DNA of 64,000 bases from a virus. Made by a program: the position numbers and the translations under genes. Below are positions 28,608-38,795 of this stretch, in pieces. The stretch lies in IMG/VR virus record IMGVR_UViG_3300024255_000004. One strand, written 5' to 3'. Numbering within the stretch: the stretch's first letter is position 1; every line of letters starts with the position of its first letter. The notes beneath the pieces were generated by a model. The model had not been told where the DNA came from. It saw only the letters and a list, made by a program, of their open reading frames with translations, and searched no databases.

Positions 28608-30440
28608 ATGAACCTCTTTTACGAAGCCAAAAAGGTATTAGATAAGGACGGGAAAGTTAACCCACTCGGCCCTTATGGAAAACAGAAACTTACTGGACGT
28701 GAGATTCAAGTCTATTTCCGTAGAAACAAAGTCAAAGACAAAGTAGTCAAGAAAGCAGTCGAGGTTGCATTAGACCTTGGTGGTGCAATGGATATTGCAA
28801 TCAAATCCATTAAAGACTATTACGGGGATAAAGTCCTAAAAGCAAAAGAAGTTCAAAATGCACTTCAATTTGCAAACGAAGAATCATTCAAAGATTCATT
28901 CAATATGTTAGACGAAGATTACAAAAAAGTAATCAAAATGTTTCCAAGAGATAGAGATTGGAAAAAACTTATAACAAAACACAAGAGACATATTGATGCA
29001 TTCAGAAGTGATAATCAAAAAGATTTACCTAAAAAAGTAGAAGACGATTTACTAGGTTGGGGTTCACAAAATGGTGAAATAGGTAGTAAAGACGATGCAG
29101 AAGACTTTATAATGTCAATCCTTGACGAGAAATACAAACCTTATTCCGACTCAACCTTTTCTAGATGTGTAGACTTCTACATTCAATTCAGAGGTGGTAA
29201 AGGAGACAGAATCACTTCAGAAGAGAATAAGAAAGACTTCGAAAAAGCAAAGAAGATGATTGATGCATATTGCAAATCAAACAAAATCAAACAAAAACCA
29301 GTTTACTCAACACCTGAAGAAGGTTCAAGTGCATACAAAGTCGGTCTTATGATTGACCCAACTTACAGTAAAACAGATGACTATAAAAATGGTGTAGACT
29401 TACAACCTTTATATGTTGAATTAGGTAAACTTAAAACTGCAGAAGACCATGGTGGTGGTTGGGATAAACCATCAACAAACGAATCAGAAGTTTTAGAAAA
29501 GAAAAGTAAAATCAAATATCGTGGTAATCTAAAAGGTTTACATGAATCTATAAAAAGTATAATGACAGAAGGTAAGAACCTTATGCCTGATTTACAAAAG
29601 ATTGTAGACAAAAAGAGTGCAACTAAAGTTGGTGGTGTAATGGTTGATATGTTTACTGCTTCAATGATTACACAAATCTATGGTAAAGTAAACGACAAAA
29701 ACAAAGAGAGAATGGAGAAATCTAATATCTCTACACTTGTTGACCTTGCACAAAGAATGATGCAAAAGTCAGAGAACGACCCACTCGAAGAAGGAACAAT
29801 GGCTATCGGTATTAAGTCTAGAGACAGAAAAGAAGTTGAAAAATCACAAAAACAACTTGAAAAAATGTTAAAAAAAGATGGTAATAAAAAAGTAGGTTCT
29901 AAAGAAGGTAAGAAGTTTGATGAAGTTTTAGATACTTATATATTATCAGACGACCAATTAGCAGATGAATTTGCAAATCCAAAAAACAAAAATATGAAAG
30001 TTATAGATTTGTTGAAGAAACATTCAAAAAGACTCAATGTTAATTTTGATGAATCTGTAGAAGAAGGAAATGCAGTATCAAGTGCTCAACAAGCTGCAAT
30101 CGCAATTGCAAAGAAAAAGAAAAATGAATCAGTCATGGATTCTTACAGACAAATGTGGGAATCAGAAAATCTTGAAGAGAAAAAAGAATTTAAACAAAAT
30201 GATATCGATAAAGTTGCAAAACTTACTGATAGAAACGAACACACTAAATCACTCATACACATTGCAAAATCAATGGGTGACAAAAAGTCATTAAAAAAAT
30301 TAGAATTAATCGACAAAATGCATAACGAATATGGTCACATGCCTAAAGGTCTTATGGACATGAGAAATGAAGTCTATGATGACCTGAAGAAGGATATGGA
30401 AAAATATTCTAATGGTAAAGACATGTATAATGCAACATAA
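28608..30440 (+). CDS. large K/E-rich modular probable head-internal protein
   Basis: Modules separated by LDE/LEE/VEE/NES sites. Confidence 0.7.
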   Translation: MNLFYEAKKVLDKDGKVNPLGPYGKQKLTGREIQVYFRRNKVKDKVVKKAVEVALDLGGAMDIAIKSIKDYYGDKVLKAKEVQNALQFANEESFKDSFNMLDEDYKKVIKMFPRDRDWKKLITKHKRHIDAFRSDNQKDLPKKVEDDLLGWGSQNGEIGSKDDAEDFIMSILDEKYKPYSDSTFSRCVDFYIQFRGGKGDRITSEENKKDFEKAKKMIDAYCKSNKIKQKPVYSTPEEGSSAYKVGLMIDPTYSKTDDYKNGVDLQPLYVELGKLKTAEDHGGGWDKPSTNESEVLEKKSKIKYRGNLKGLHESIKSIMTEGKNLMPDLQKIVDKKSATKVGGVMVDMFTASMITQIYGKVNDKNKERMEKSNISTLVDLAQRMMQKSENDPLEEGTMAIGIKSRDRKEVEKSQKQLEKMLKKDGNKKVGSKEGKKFDEVLDTYILSDDQLADEFANPKNKNMKVIDLLKKHSKRLNVNFDESVEEGNAVSSAQQAAIAIAKKKKNESVMDSYRQMWESENLEEKKEFKQNDIDKVAKLTDRNEHTKSLIHIAKSMGDKKSLKKLELIDKMHNEYGHMPKGLMDMRNEVYDDLKKDMEKYSNGKDMYNAT

Positions 30441-30441
30441 C

Positions 30442-30978
30442 ATGAAAGATTTATTTAAAACATATCGTGAGATGCACTTACAAGAAGTGAAACAAAAAGA
30501 AGTTGATTCACTGAAAAAACTATCTAAGGACATGCAAGCAGTTCTAAAAGGTTATCAGAAGATTGTAAAGATGGGTGACAACGAACTTAAGGACAAGAAG
30601 TATAACAAAGACTATGAAGCAGTCCTTAATGCAAGAGATGTAATCTTCTCATTGATTGGTAAAGTAAACACTCAAAAACTTTTAAATAAAGAAGAGACAA
30701 CAGTAGACTTAGACGAAAGAATAAATTTTCATGGTAAAAGTCCTGCTGAGAAAAAGAACTCAGAGTTCGATAGAAAATCAGAAATCAATGGTTATAAAAA
30801 GATTTTAAAAACTATTGAAAAGATTAACAAAGACCACGAGAAGTTTCAATATAACAATCGTGCAGAAGGCCCATCTAATATATTTAAAGGTCTACAAGAA
30901 GTTGAAAGAACATGTTATGACATGATACGAGAAATCGAACAAGGTAAATGGGACGGAACAGTGGACTTAGATGACTAA
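30442..30978 (+). CDS. hypothetical, probable head-internal protein
   Basis: N-terminus MKDLFKTYREMHLQE. Confidence 0.65.
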   Translation: MKDLFKTYREMHLQEVKQKEVDSLKKLSKDMQAVLKGYQKIVKMGDNELKDKKYNKDYEAVLNARDVIFSLIGKVNTQKLLNKEETTVDLDERINFHGKSPAEKKNSEFDRKSEINGYKKILKTIEKINKDHEKFQYNNRAEGPSNIFKGLQEVERTCYDMIREIEQGKWDGTVDLDD

Positions 30979-31517
30979 TGGATAGAGTAGACGCAAGATA
31001 CAAAACCTTTAAAGAGAAATTAAAGAAACTCGGATACATTAAAGATTCTGCAAAACAGACTAACAAAATCGTAGAGAAAATTGGTGATTTTGGAATGATG
31101 TCTGATACAGGAAACAAAAAAATTGCTCGTGCAGTTTCACAATCAAAGAACGAGAAAGACCTGCGTGCAAAGTTAGAGAAAATCTCTACAATGGCAAAAG
31201 GTAAGTATGCTGAAGCAGGTGAAGATGAAGTAATTGATAGAGCATTAGATGCACTTGGTAGTAAAGCGAAGGGAGTTCAAAACAGACCCGACGCTGCAAT
31301 GCTAATGCAACTTCGTAAGTTTAAAGACGGAACTAAAGATGGTGAGGTCAGAACAGACGATATGCAGAAAATTAAGGTAAAAAGAGACGATGCGGTGAAA
31401 GTTCATGACGTTTTAATGAGGGTTAAGACACCCATTCGGTCTAAATACCTACAGTTATTACAAAAAGACAAAAAGTCTTTCGATAAAGCATTTAAAGCAA
31501 TCTTAAAGGTTGCATAA
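30978..31517 (+). CDS. hypothetical basic protein
   Basis: TAATG coupling; VDARYKTFKE and MLMQLRK motifs. Confidence 0.7.
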   Translation: MDRVDARYKTFKEKLKKLGYIKDSAKQTNKIVEKIGDFGMMSDTGNKKIARAVSQSKNEKDLRAKLEKISTMAKGKYAEAGEDEVIDRALDALGSKAKGVQNRPDAAMLMQLRKFKDGTKDGEVRTDDMQKIKVKRDDAVKVHDVLMRVKTPIRSKYLQLLQKDKKSFDKAFKAILKVA

Positions 31518-31530
31518 CTAGGAGAAAAAC

Positions 31531-31815
31531 ATGGCACTTTGGGGATTATTAGACAACGAAGCTTCTAAACCAAAATATCTTAACACTGCTGATAAAGCAG
31601 AATGTTATGGTGCTGATACAGCTGAGGTCGGTGCGACTGCTGGTGTTAATTCAGAAGGTTGGGTGTTAAGAAAAGTAGTAGGGTCAAGAACTCAATTTGA
31701 AACATTGGTTGCAATGTCTTCAGGTTCAATGGGTGCTGACGTTGCTGACTTTGATGACGACTCAGACGTGAATACACCTGATATCGATGACGATACAGTA
31801 TTATCAGACAGTTAA
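31531..31815 (+). CDS. hypothetical, possibly structural
   Basis: AGGAG RBS; MALWG...GWVLR...ETLVAMS. Confidence 0.7.
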   Translation: MALWGLLDNEASKPKYLNTADKAECYGADTAEVGATAGVNSEGWVLRKVVGSRTQFETLVAMSSGSMGADVADFDDDSDVNTPDIDDDTVLSDS

Positions 31816-31828
31816 TAGAGGATAAATT

Positions 31829-32269
31829 ATGAAAACATTTAAGAACTTCATTATTGAAGAGGGTGGAAGTCAAATTCCAACAGATTCTAACGCATTTTTT
31901 GTGGGTGCAGCTGGACTAAGTTCAGAAAAAGTCCCACATGATATAGACGATGCAGACGTTAAAGCTAAGGTTAATGCAATCTTAGGACAAACTGCAGTAT
32001 CAGAATGGTTGAATCCAAAAGCAGCTGTTGCACAAATGGAAGCAAAACTTTCTCTATTAGGACTTAACAAAACTGGTGAATCAGACTTAGAGTTTGCATC
32101 AGAAGAAGGTTCATTCGACATTCAATTCAACAGATATGGTGTTGTCACTGGTAAAACAGTTGATACACCTCATGACGAATTTGAAAGAGAAGAAAAAATC
32201 GTATCACTTAACGTGAAATACGAACAGAACGAAAACGGAACTTATAAAGTTATTGGTTCTTTAAGTTAA
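31829..32269 (+). CDS. hypothetical with capsid-targeting-like N-terminus
   Basis: MKTFKNFIIEE; GAGG RBS. Confidence 0.7.
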   Translation: MKTFKNFIIEEGGSQIPTDSNAFFVGAAGLSSEKVPHDIDDADVKAKVNAILGQTAVSEWLNPKAAVAQMEAKLSLLGLNKTGESDLEFASEEGSFDIQFNRYGVVTGKTVDTPHDEFEREEKIVSLNVKYEQNENGTYKVIGSLS

Positions 32270-32332
32270 GTAGTTTCCCCGACTGTCTGAGTAAGGAAGG
32301 ACATATCGGGGACACCTACATACTATTACATT

Positions 32333-32704
32333 ATGAGTCTATTTGACAAAATTACAGCAAAAAACTTTTCTGCATATGCTATGAAGCACTATGACGACCC
32401 TCAATGTGAAGACATAGAGGATTTTCAAGAAGACCTTCGTAGATTCAGATACCTTAAGAGGTTATTACATAGATACCATGAAAATGGTGAATTACGTGAG
32501 CGTTTAATGCTGAATCACCTTATCTGTATCTTCAATGTCTTTGGATATGATGCATGTATGAGAATGCTAGAGTTTAAAATTAAGAATGTAAGCTACTGGT
32601 CTTCCATAAAAACTATGTTATTATACCTCGAATACATAGAAGAAGGTTGGAAAATAGATATCCCTATCGATAATAAACTTGCAGAACGTTTAAGAGACCT
32701 TTAA
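32333..32704 (+). CDS. T4-like hypothetical protein
   Basis: AMKHYDDPQC..EDLRRFRYLKRL...ERLMLNH. Confidence 0.75.
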   Translation: MSLFDKITAKNFSAYAMKHYDDPQCEDIEDFQEDLRRFRYLKRLLHRYHENGELRERLMLNHLICIFNVFGYDACMRMLEFKIKNVSYWSSIKTMLLYLEYIEEGWKIDIPIDNKLAERLRDL

Positions 32705-32723
32705 AAATACCTAAATAGATTAT

Positions 32724-33311
32724 ATGCGTATAGTCGACACCCTAATAGTATTCCGAATTCTCAAGATGTTAACCACACCTTGGAACAAAATGCAGGCATT
32801 CAAGTTTGGATTCATAGATATGAATGGAAACAGAATCAAAGAAATTGAAGACGAGAATGGGAAAAAGATTAAGAATGACCCAGTCACAAAAAAAGAAAAG
32901 TCTTCTCTCACTCCTTTGCATAGATTAGTATTCAATCTTAAAAAGATAATCAATAAAGTTCCCTTCGGTAAAACTCAATTTGCATCATACGTCACTGCAC
33001 TTCTACTTCTGAAAGAAGAGTGTGACTTGGACAATGAACAAGGTGAGGAGTTATACGAAAAGTTCTATAGATTCCTAAAAGAAGAGGAACTATTAGAAGC
33101 TGAAATGATTACAGAAACTATAAATGTAGGAAAGTTAATCATAGGTGAGACATATAAAATTAGATTTCCAATCAAACAAAATGATTACATTCACCAATCA
33201 AAAGAAGATGTTTTGGTTCACCAAGAATACGAAAAGATATATGGTATCCAAACATACATTGGATTTGTTAACGAAGAGAGAGTCGTATTGACTGCAGATG
33301 ATGTTTATTGA
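32724..33311 (+). CDS. T4-like hypothetical protein
   Basis: RILKMLTTPW..AFKFGFID..G...LHRLVFNLKK. Confidence 0.75.
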   Translation: MRIVDTLIVFRILKMLTTPWNKMQAFKFGFIDMNGNRIKEIEDENGKKIKNDPVTKKEKSSLTPLHRLVFNLKKIINKVPFGKTQFASYVTALLLLKEECDLDNEQGEELYEKFYRFLKEEELLEAEMITETINVGKLIIGETYKIRFPIKQNDYIHQSKEDVLVHQEYEKIYGIQTYIGFVNEERVVLTADDVY

Positions 33312-34062
33312 ATCGATACAAGAAATAGATAACCTTACTTTTGGTCAACAAAAAGACTTAAAGAAACCCAAGTATAAAGAACTTACACTATGGGACGAAG
33401 GTTGGGAAACTATAATGTTGGGTGCATATCCTAAAGGTCAGAAAGTTGTAGACGAACTGAAAGAAATTCAGAGATTAGTAAAGGGTGCAACAGACGAACA
33501 GAAACGTCAATACATAAATTGTGACGAAGACGCCTCATGTTATATCAAACAATACATGGACGACCATGACTTAGAATACAGTCAAGACACTATAGACTTT
33601 ATCAGAAAACAATGTAGTCCAGTAATCAAACACCACAAAAACCATTTCAATCGTGCAAGACCATATCAAGTTGCAGAACATTTAGGAATGGAATTCGAAA
33701 GATTTGAAACAGAAACAAGTAAGACACCTTCATACCCTAGTGGACATACAACACAACCATATGTTGTAGGATTATATTACAGTAAAATGTATCCACAACA
33801 CCAACAGGGAATTATGAATGGTGCAAAAATTAGTGGATTTGGAAGAGTCATAGCAGGATTGCATTATCCTTCAGACTTTGAAGCAGGTGTATATCTTGGT
33901 AAAGAATTATTCAAGTATATGAAAGTCGAAGAGATAAATGAAGACGCACCTATGAATTCTACTGGAGGTGCAATTAGTATGCCTCCAACAATGCAAAAAA
34001 AGAAAAGAGATAAGAGATACGATACAGATAACATGTATAAACTCTTAAGACGATACATTTAA
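33298..34062 (+). CDS. PAP2/haloperoxidase-family phosphatase
   Basis: KNHFNRARP, PSYPSGH, RVIAGLHYPSD. Confidence 0.85.
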   Translation: MMFIESIQEIDNLTFGQQKDLKKPKYKELTLWDEGWETIMLGAYPKGQKVVDELKEIQRLVKGATDEQKRQYINCDEDASCYIKQYMDDHDLEYSQDTIDFIRKQCSPVIKHHKNHFNRARPYQVAEHLGMEFERFETETSKTPSYPSGHTTQPYVVGLYYSKMYPQHQQGIMNGAKISGFGRVIAGLHYPSDFEAGVYLGKELFKYMKVEEINEDAPMNSTGGAISMPPTMQKKKRDKRYDTDNMYKLLRRYI

Positions 34063-34065
34063 ATT

Positions 34066-35223
34066 ATGAGATTTTTGAATTACCTAGCCCTTATTACGTC
34101 CATTGGAATTGCAACCATAGCTGCATATTTCAGTGTTCTTGGGCTTGCAACTATATTCAGTGGTGCATTCTTAGGAATCGTTATCATGGCAGGTGCATTG
34201 GAATTTGGTAAGATTGTCAGTGCAGCTTACCTACACATGTTTTGGGAGAAGTTAAATTACTTCAAGTATTACTTAGTGGTCAGTGTTATAGTGTTAATGT
34301 TGATTACGTCATTAGGAATCTTTGGATATCTTGCAAAGGCAAGTTCGGATACGTCTTTTGCAACTGAATTTGCACGACAAGAAATCAGTCAAATAGACGG
34401 AAAGATTGGTAGAGAACAAAACAGAATCAAGTTATTAGAAGAACGAATCAGTGGATTAAACTCGGGTGGATTAGACGTGTCAGATTCAGTCAATGCACAA
34501 ATAGAGATTAGAGATGGTGCATGGGATAGAGTTCAAGGGGATATAGACTTTGCACAAGGTCAAATTGATAATTTGAGGTCTGAATTGACTGCATTGGACA
34601 CTTCGGTATCAGAACTCAGAAACAGGGGTGTAGAGACGATTACAGTGGACGAGGGAGTGTTTAATGACGAGGTTAGAGTCATTGATTATGTTGCACAGGC
34701 AGAGGAATTATACCAAAATCAACAACCACAAAGAGAACAAATCCGTGCAGATATCAAAGACCAACAGAATAACATAGACAAGTATAGAGACCAAGCACAG
34801 AACACTATAGACACTTCAAATGCAGAAATCAGTAGACTCCAAACTCTATCAAACGGAAATGCAGACGAAAAAATAGAAAACATTGAAGAATACAATAGAC
34901 AGATTGACACTATCTATGATACAATACAAGAGTTAAGAGAGGAAAAGTTTCCTTTCGAACAGGAAATACTCGGTTTTGAACGAGAAGTAGGGCCGATACA
35001 GTATATTGCAGAGGTCATATATGGACAAGAAGAGTCTGTCAAGTATCTTGACAATGCAATTAGATGGGTGATTTTTGCACTTATCTTTGTGTTTGACCCA
35101 CTTGCAGTGTTATTATTGATTACAAGTATTGCACTTATCTCTAATCCAAGTGGAAAAAAACCAAGAGTTTTGTCAGTTTTAGATAGACCAACTGTTATAA
35201 GAGTTCCAAAAAAACCTAAATAA
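34066..35223 (+). CDS. multi-TM protein with long coiled coil
   Basis: 3 N-terminal TMs, heptad region, EVGPIQYIAE, FVFDPLAVLLLI. Confidence 0.75.
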   Translation: MRFLNYLALITSIGIATIAAYFSVLGLATIFSGAFLGIVIMAGALEFGKIVSAAYLHMFWEKLNYFKYYLVVSVIVLMLITSLGIFGYLAKASSDTSFATEFARQEISQIDGKIGREQNRIKLLEERISGLNSGGLDVSDSVNAQIEIRDGAWDRVQGDIDFAQGQIDNLRSELTALDTSVSELRNRGVETITVDEGVFNDEVRVIDYVAQAEELYQNQQPQREQIRADIKDQQNNIDKYRDQAQNTIDTSNAEISRLQTLSNGNADEKIENIEEYNRQIDTIYDTIQELREEKFPFEQEILGFEREVGPIQYIAEVIYGQEESVKYLDNAIRWVIFALIFVFDPLAVLLLITSIALISNPSGKKPRVLSVLDRPTVIRVPKKPK

Positions 35224-35246
35224 AAAGTTAATTAACGGAGAACAAC

Positions 35247-35426
35247 ATGCCAGACAACATGACACATGCGGAAGCTAAAGCATTTATCGAAGCAAATCCA
35301 CCAGTCCTTTTATTAGACGGACTAGAGGGTGAAGCACTTACACTTGCACAAGCATCATATGACGCTTCAATGGTGACTCATAATGAGGAACTAGTGAGAC
35401 TTCAAGCTTTAATAGACGCAGAATAG
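35247..35426 (+). CDS. 59-aa acidic peptide (not in ORF track)
   Basis: GGAG RBS; CCTAAATA upstream. Confidence 0.6.
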   Translation: MPDNMTHAEAKAFIEANPPVLLLDGLEGEALTLAQASYDASMVTHNEELVRLQALIDAE

Positions 35427-35472
35427 TAAAAAACCACTAGTATTTTCTCTCCAATTATAGTATAATTAATGT

Positions 35473-36504
35473 ATGCTATGGTTAGAGAGAAAATATCTTT
35501 CCCGTATTGTTTCACTCGTTGAACAGGGAAAATGGAAAAACGACAACACACTGAATCATCGGTGTCCGTATTGTGGTGATTCTCAAAAGAATCAATTTAA
35601 ATCACGTGGATTTCATTTCACAATAGGTCAATCATTCGTCTACAAATGTCATAATTGTGGACACTCAACTTCCAGTGTAAACTTTCTTAAAGACCATTTC
35701 CCTATTATTCATAAAGAATATCTCAAGGAGTGGTTAACAGAGACAGGCAGAAAACCTAAAAAAGCACAGAAAATGTTAAGTGCAAATAAGTTTAAGTTTG
35801 TTCCTAATAAAGAAGAACTAGAAGATATGAAAAAAATAGATTTGAGTGCAGTAGCCTTTAAGGTATCAGACAAGGTAGTTGCACAAGAATTTGTTGACTC
35901 GAGACAGATTCCCAAAGAACGACAAGAAGAACTTTGGTTTGTCCCCATTGCACAATCTCTAAATCTTTTATCACATAAGTATAGAGACAGAGTTCTTGGA
36001 AATGACCCAAGAGTAATATTACCATTCGAAGATGAGAATGGGGAATTAGTTGGTATCACTGGTCGTGCAATAAACGACTCACCTCTTAGATACTTAACCA
36101 TGAGATTCCTAGATGACGTGCCACTCATCTATAACATAAAAAATGTGGACAAAACTAAAACTATCTATGTGACTGAGGGGCCGATAGACAGTTTATTCCT
36201 ACCTAACAGTATAGCAGTCGGTGGTAGTGATTTCAAAAAAATAGATGACTCGTTAAAGGAAAATGCAATAATCATTTATGACAATGAACCACGAAATACA
36301 GAAATAATCAAAAAGATAAATGAGGTCATAGACCTCGGATATAATGTTTGCATATGGAATGAAAAAAAAGTGAGTGAATTTAAAGATATTAATGATATGA
36401 TTATGGGTGGACTAAGTCAAGAAGAGATTGTTGAAATTATAAATTCTAATACTTATAATGGACTCTCAGCAAAAACAAAATTACAGGAGTATAAGAAGAT
36501 ATGA
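35473..36504 (+). CDS. gp61: DNA primase
   Basis: RCPYCGDS, YKCHNCG, VTEGPIDSLF, YDNEPRN, KDINDM. Confidence 0.95.
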   Translation: MLWLERKYLSRIVSLVEQGKWKNDNTLNHRCPYCGDSQKNQFKSRGFHFTIGQSFVYKCHNCGHSTSSVNFLKDHFPIIHKEYLKEWLTETGRKPKKAQKMLSANKFKFVPNKEELEDMKKIDLSAVAFKVSDKVVAQEFVDSRQIPKERQEELWFVPIAQSLNLLSHKYRDRVLGNDPRVILPFEDENGELVGITGRAINDSPLRYLTMRFLDDVPLIYNIKNVDKTKTIYVTEGPIDSLFLPNSIAVGGSDFKKIDDSLKENAIIIYDNEPRNTEIIKKINEVIDLGYNVCIWNEKKVSEFKDINDMIMGGLSQEEIVEIINSNTYNGLSAKTKLQEYKKI

Positions 36505-38795
36505 ATTCAGAAATTAGAGTTTCAAAAACAGACGGGTCAAAGGCAGAAATCAATTTAGATAAAATACACAAAATGGTTCATAAAGCATGTAAGAACATTA
36601 CAGGTGTATCAGAATCTTTAGTGCAAATGAACAGTGGATTACAATTCTATGACGGAATCACAACAAAGGACATACAAAAGATTTTAGTTAAATCTGCAAG
36701 TGATTTGATATCATTAGATAATCCTAATTACCAATTTGTAGCTGCAAGACTATTATTATTTGGAATTCAGAAACAAGTATTCAACACCAAATGGAAAGAC
36801 TCAGAAATCTATCCACCACTCAAAGACATTATTCAACGAAACATTGACATAGGAGTATATGACAATGACATTTTAAAATGGTATAAAGAAGAAGAGTTAG
36901 ACCAACTAGACAAGTATATAAAACACTCTAGAGACCTTACCTTCACCTATGCTGGATTACAACAAATAGTAGACAAATATCTAGTGCAAGACAGGTCAAG
37001 TGGAGTTGTATACGAAACACCACAATTCATGTATATGTTGATTGCCATGACTTTATTTAAAAAGTATGGTGGTGAACTAGGAGACAAATTAGAATATGTC
37101 AAAAAATACTACGACGCGATTTCGCAATTCAAAATCAATATCCCAACACCCATCATGGCAGGAGTTAGAACTCCTTTACGACAATTTGCATCGTGTGTGC
37201 TTGTCGACACAGACGACACTCTCGACAGTATCTTCTCGTCTGATACAGCCATTGGAAAGTATGTTGCACAAAGAGCTGGTATCGGAATTAACGCAGGAAG
37301 AATACGAGGACTTGGTTCAAGAATTAGAGGAGGTGAAGTCCAACACACTGGAGTCATACCTTTCCTTAAGAAGTTTGAGTCAACTGTTAGATGTTGCACC
37401 CAAAACGGAGTCAGAGGAGGAAGTGCAACAGTTCATTTCCCAATATGGCACCAAGAAATCGAAGACATTCTTGTCCTCAAAAATAACAAAGGCACGGAAG
37501 ATAACAGAGTTAGGAAATTAGACTACTCCATTCAGTTATCTGAACTATTTTATAAAAGGTTCCTTGCAAATGAAGATATTACATTGTTCAGTCCACATGA
37601 AGTGGAAGGACTGTATGAAGCATTTGGAACACCCGAGTTTGACGAACTCTATGAGAAGTATGAACGTGCAACCAGTATTCCTAAACAGAAGATTGGTGCA
37701 AGAGAATTATTTTCTAGTCTTTTAAAAGAACGTGCAGAGACAGGAAGAATCTATATTATGAACATTGACCACTGTAATACTCATAGTTCATTTACTGATA
37801 AAATAAGCATGAGTAATCTATGTCAAGAAATAACATTACCAACAGACCCAATTCAACATATAGACGGGAATGGGGAAATTGCACTATGTATTTTAAGTGC
37901 AATCAATGTAGGAATTGTAAAAGAAGAGGAATTGGAATCTCTTTGTGATTTATCAGTGAGAGGACTTGAAGAACTGATAGATTTCCAAGAGTATCCAGTA
38001 AAAGCTGCAGAAATGTCAACCATTGCAAGAAGAAGTTTAGGTATAGGTTATATCGGACTTGCACATTTTCTTGCAAAGAACAAAGTTAAATACGGAGACA
38101 AAGACGCATTACAACTGGTTCATGACCTTACTGAGAGGTTCCAATATTTCCTTCTTAAATCTTCTAATAATCTTGCACGTATCAATGGAAAATGCATTGA
38201 CTTCGACAGAACAAAATATGCAGAAGGACAATTACCAATTGACCACTACAAGAAAGAAGTAGACGAATTAGTAAAACCAGTTTATAAAATGGATTGGGAA
38301 CAACTAAGAAAAGATATCAGTATACATGGTTTAAGACACTCCACATTGACTGCACAAATGCCCTCAGAGAGTTCCTCAGTGGTCTCTAATGCAACGAATG
38401 GAGTAGAACCACCAAGAGACTACCTTAGTGTCAAGAAGAGTAAAAAAGGAACACTTAAACAGGTAGTTCCACAATACTCTATGTTGAAGAGTGCATACAC
38501 CTTGTTATGGGACATGCCAGATAACACTGGTTATATTAATATAATTGCAGTTATGCAGAAGTTCTTTGACCAAGGTATCAGTGGAAACTGGTCTTATAAT
38601 CCCGAGAACTATGAGAACGGAGAAGTTCCAGTGTCAGTAATGGCTAGAGACATGTTGACAACATATAAATACGGGTGGAAAACAAGTTATTACCAAAATA
38701 CCATGGACGGAAAAAAAGAGGACGTGGTAGAAGATACCCCACTTGCAATAAGTGAAGACGAAGGAGATGAAGATTGTGAAGCATGTGCCATTTGA
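36501..38795 (+). CDS. nrdA: class Ia ribonucleotide reductase alpha
   Basis: ATP cone, PTPIMAG, QFASC, QNGVRGG, SNLCQEI, C-terminal CEAC. Confidence 0.97.
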   Translation: MNSEIRVSKTDGSKAEINLDKIHKMVHKACKNITGVSESLVQMNSGLQFYDGITTKDIQKILVKSASDLISLDNPNYQFVAARLLLFGIQKQVFNTKWKDSEIYPPLKDIIQRNIDIGVYDNDILKWYKEEELDQLDKYIKHSRDLTFTYAGLQQIVDKYLVQDRSSGVVYETPQFMYMLIAMTLFKKYGGELGDKLEYVKKYYDAISQFKINIPTPIMAGVRTPLRQFASCVLVDTDDTLDSIFSSDTAIGKYVAQRAGIGINAGRIRGLGSRIRGGEVQHTGVIPFLKKFESTVRCCTQNGVRGGSATVHFPIWHQEIEDILVLKNNKGTEDNRVRKLDYSIQLSELFYKRFLANEDITLFSPHEVEGLYEAFGTPEFDELYEKYERATSIPKQKIGARELFSSLLKERAETGRIYIMNIDHCNTHSSFTDKISMSNLCQEITLPTDPIQHIDGNGEIALCILSAINVGIVKEEELESLCDLSVRGLEELIDFQEYPVKAAEMSTIARRSLGIGYIGLAHFLAKNKVKYGDKDALQLVHDLTERFQYFLLKSSNNLARINGKCIDFDRTKYAEGQLPIDHYKKEVDELVKPVYKMDWEQLRKDISIHGLRHSTLTAQMPSESSSVVSNATNGVEPPRDYLSVKKSKKGTLKQVVPQYSMLKSAYTLLWDMPDNTGYINIIAVMQKFFDQGISGNWSYNPENYENGEVPVSVMARDMLTTYKYGWKTSYYQNTMDGKKEDVVEDTPLAISEDEGDEDCEACAI

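Noticed and set aside
32274-32314. Hammerhead ribozyme (CTGAGTA resembles CUGAUGA)
   Set aside because: No GAAA core and no three-stem junction
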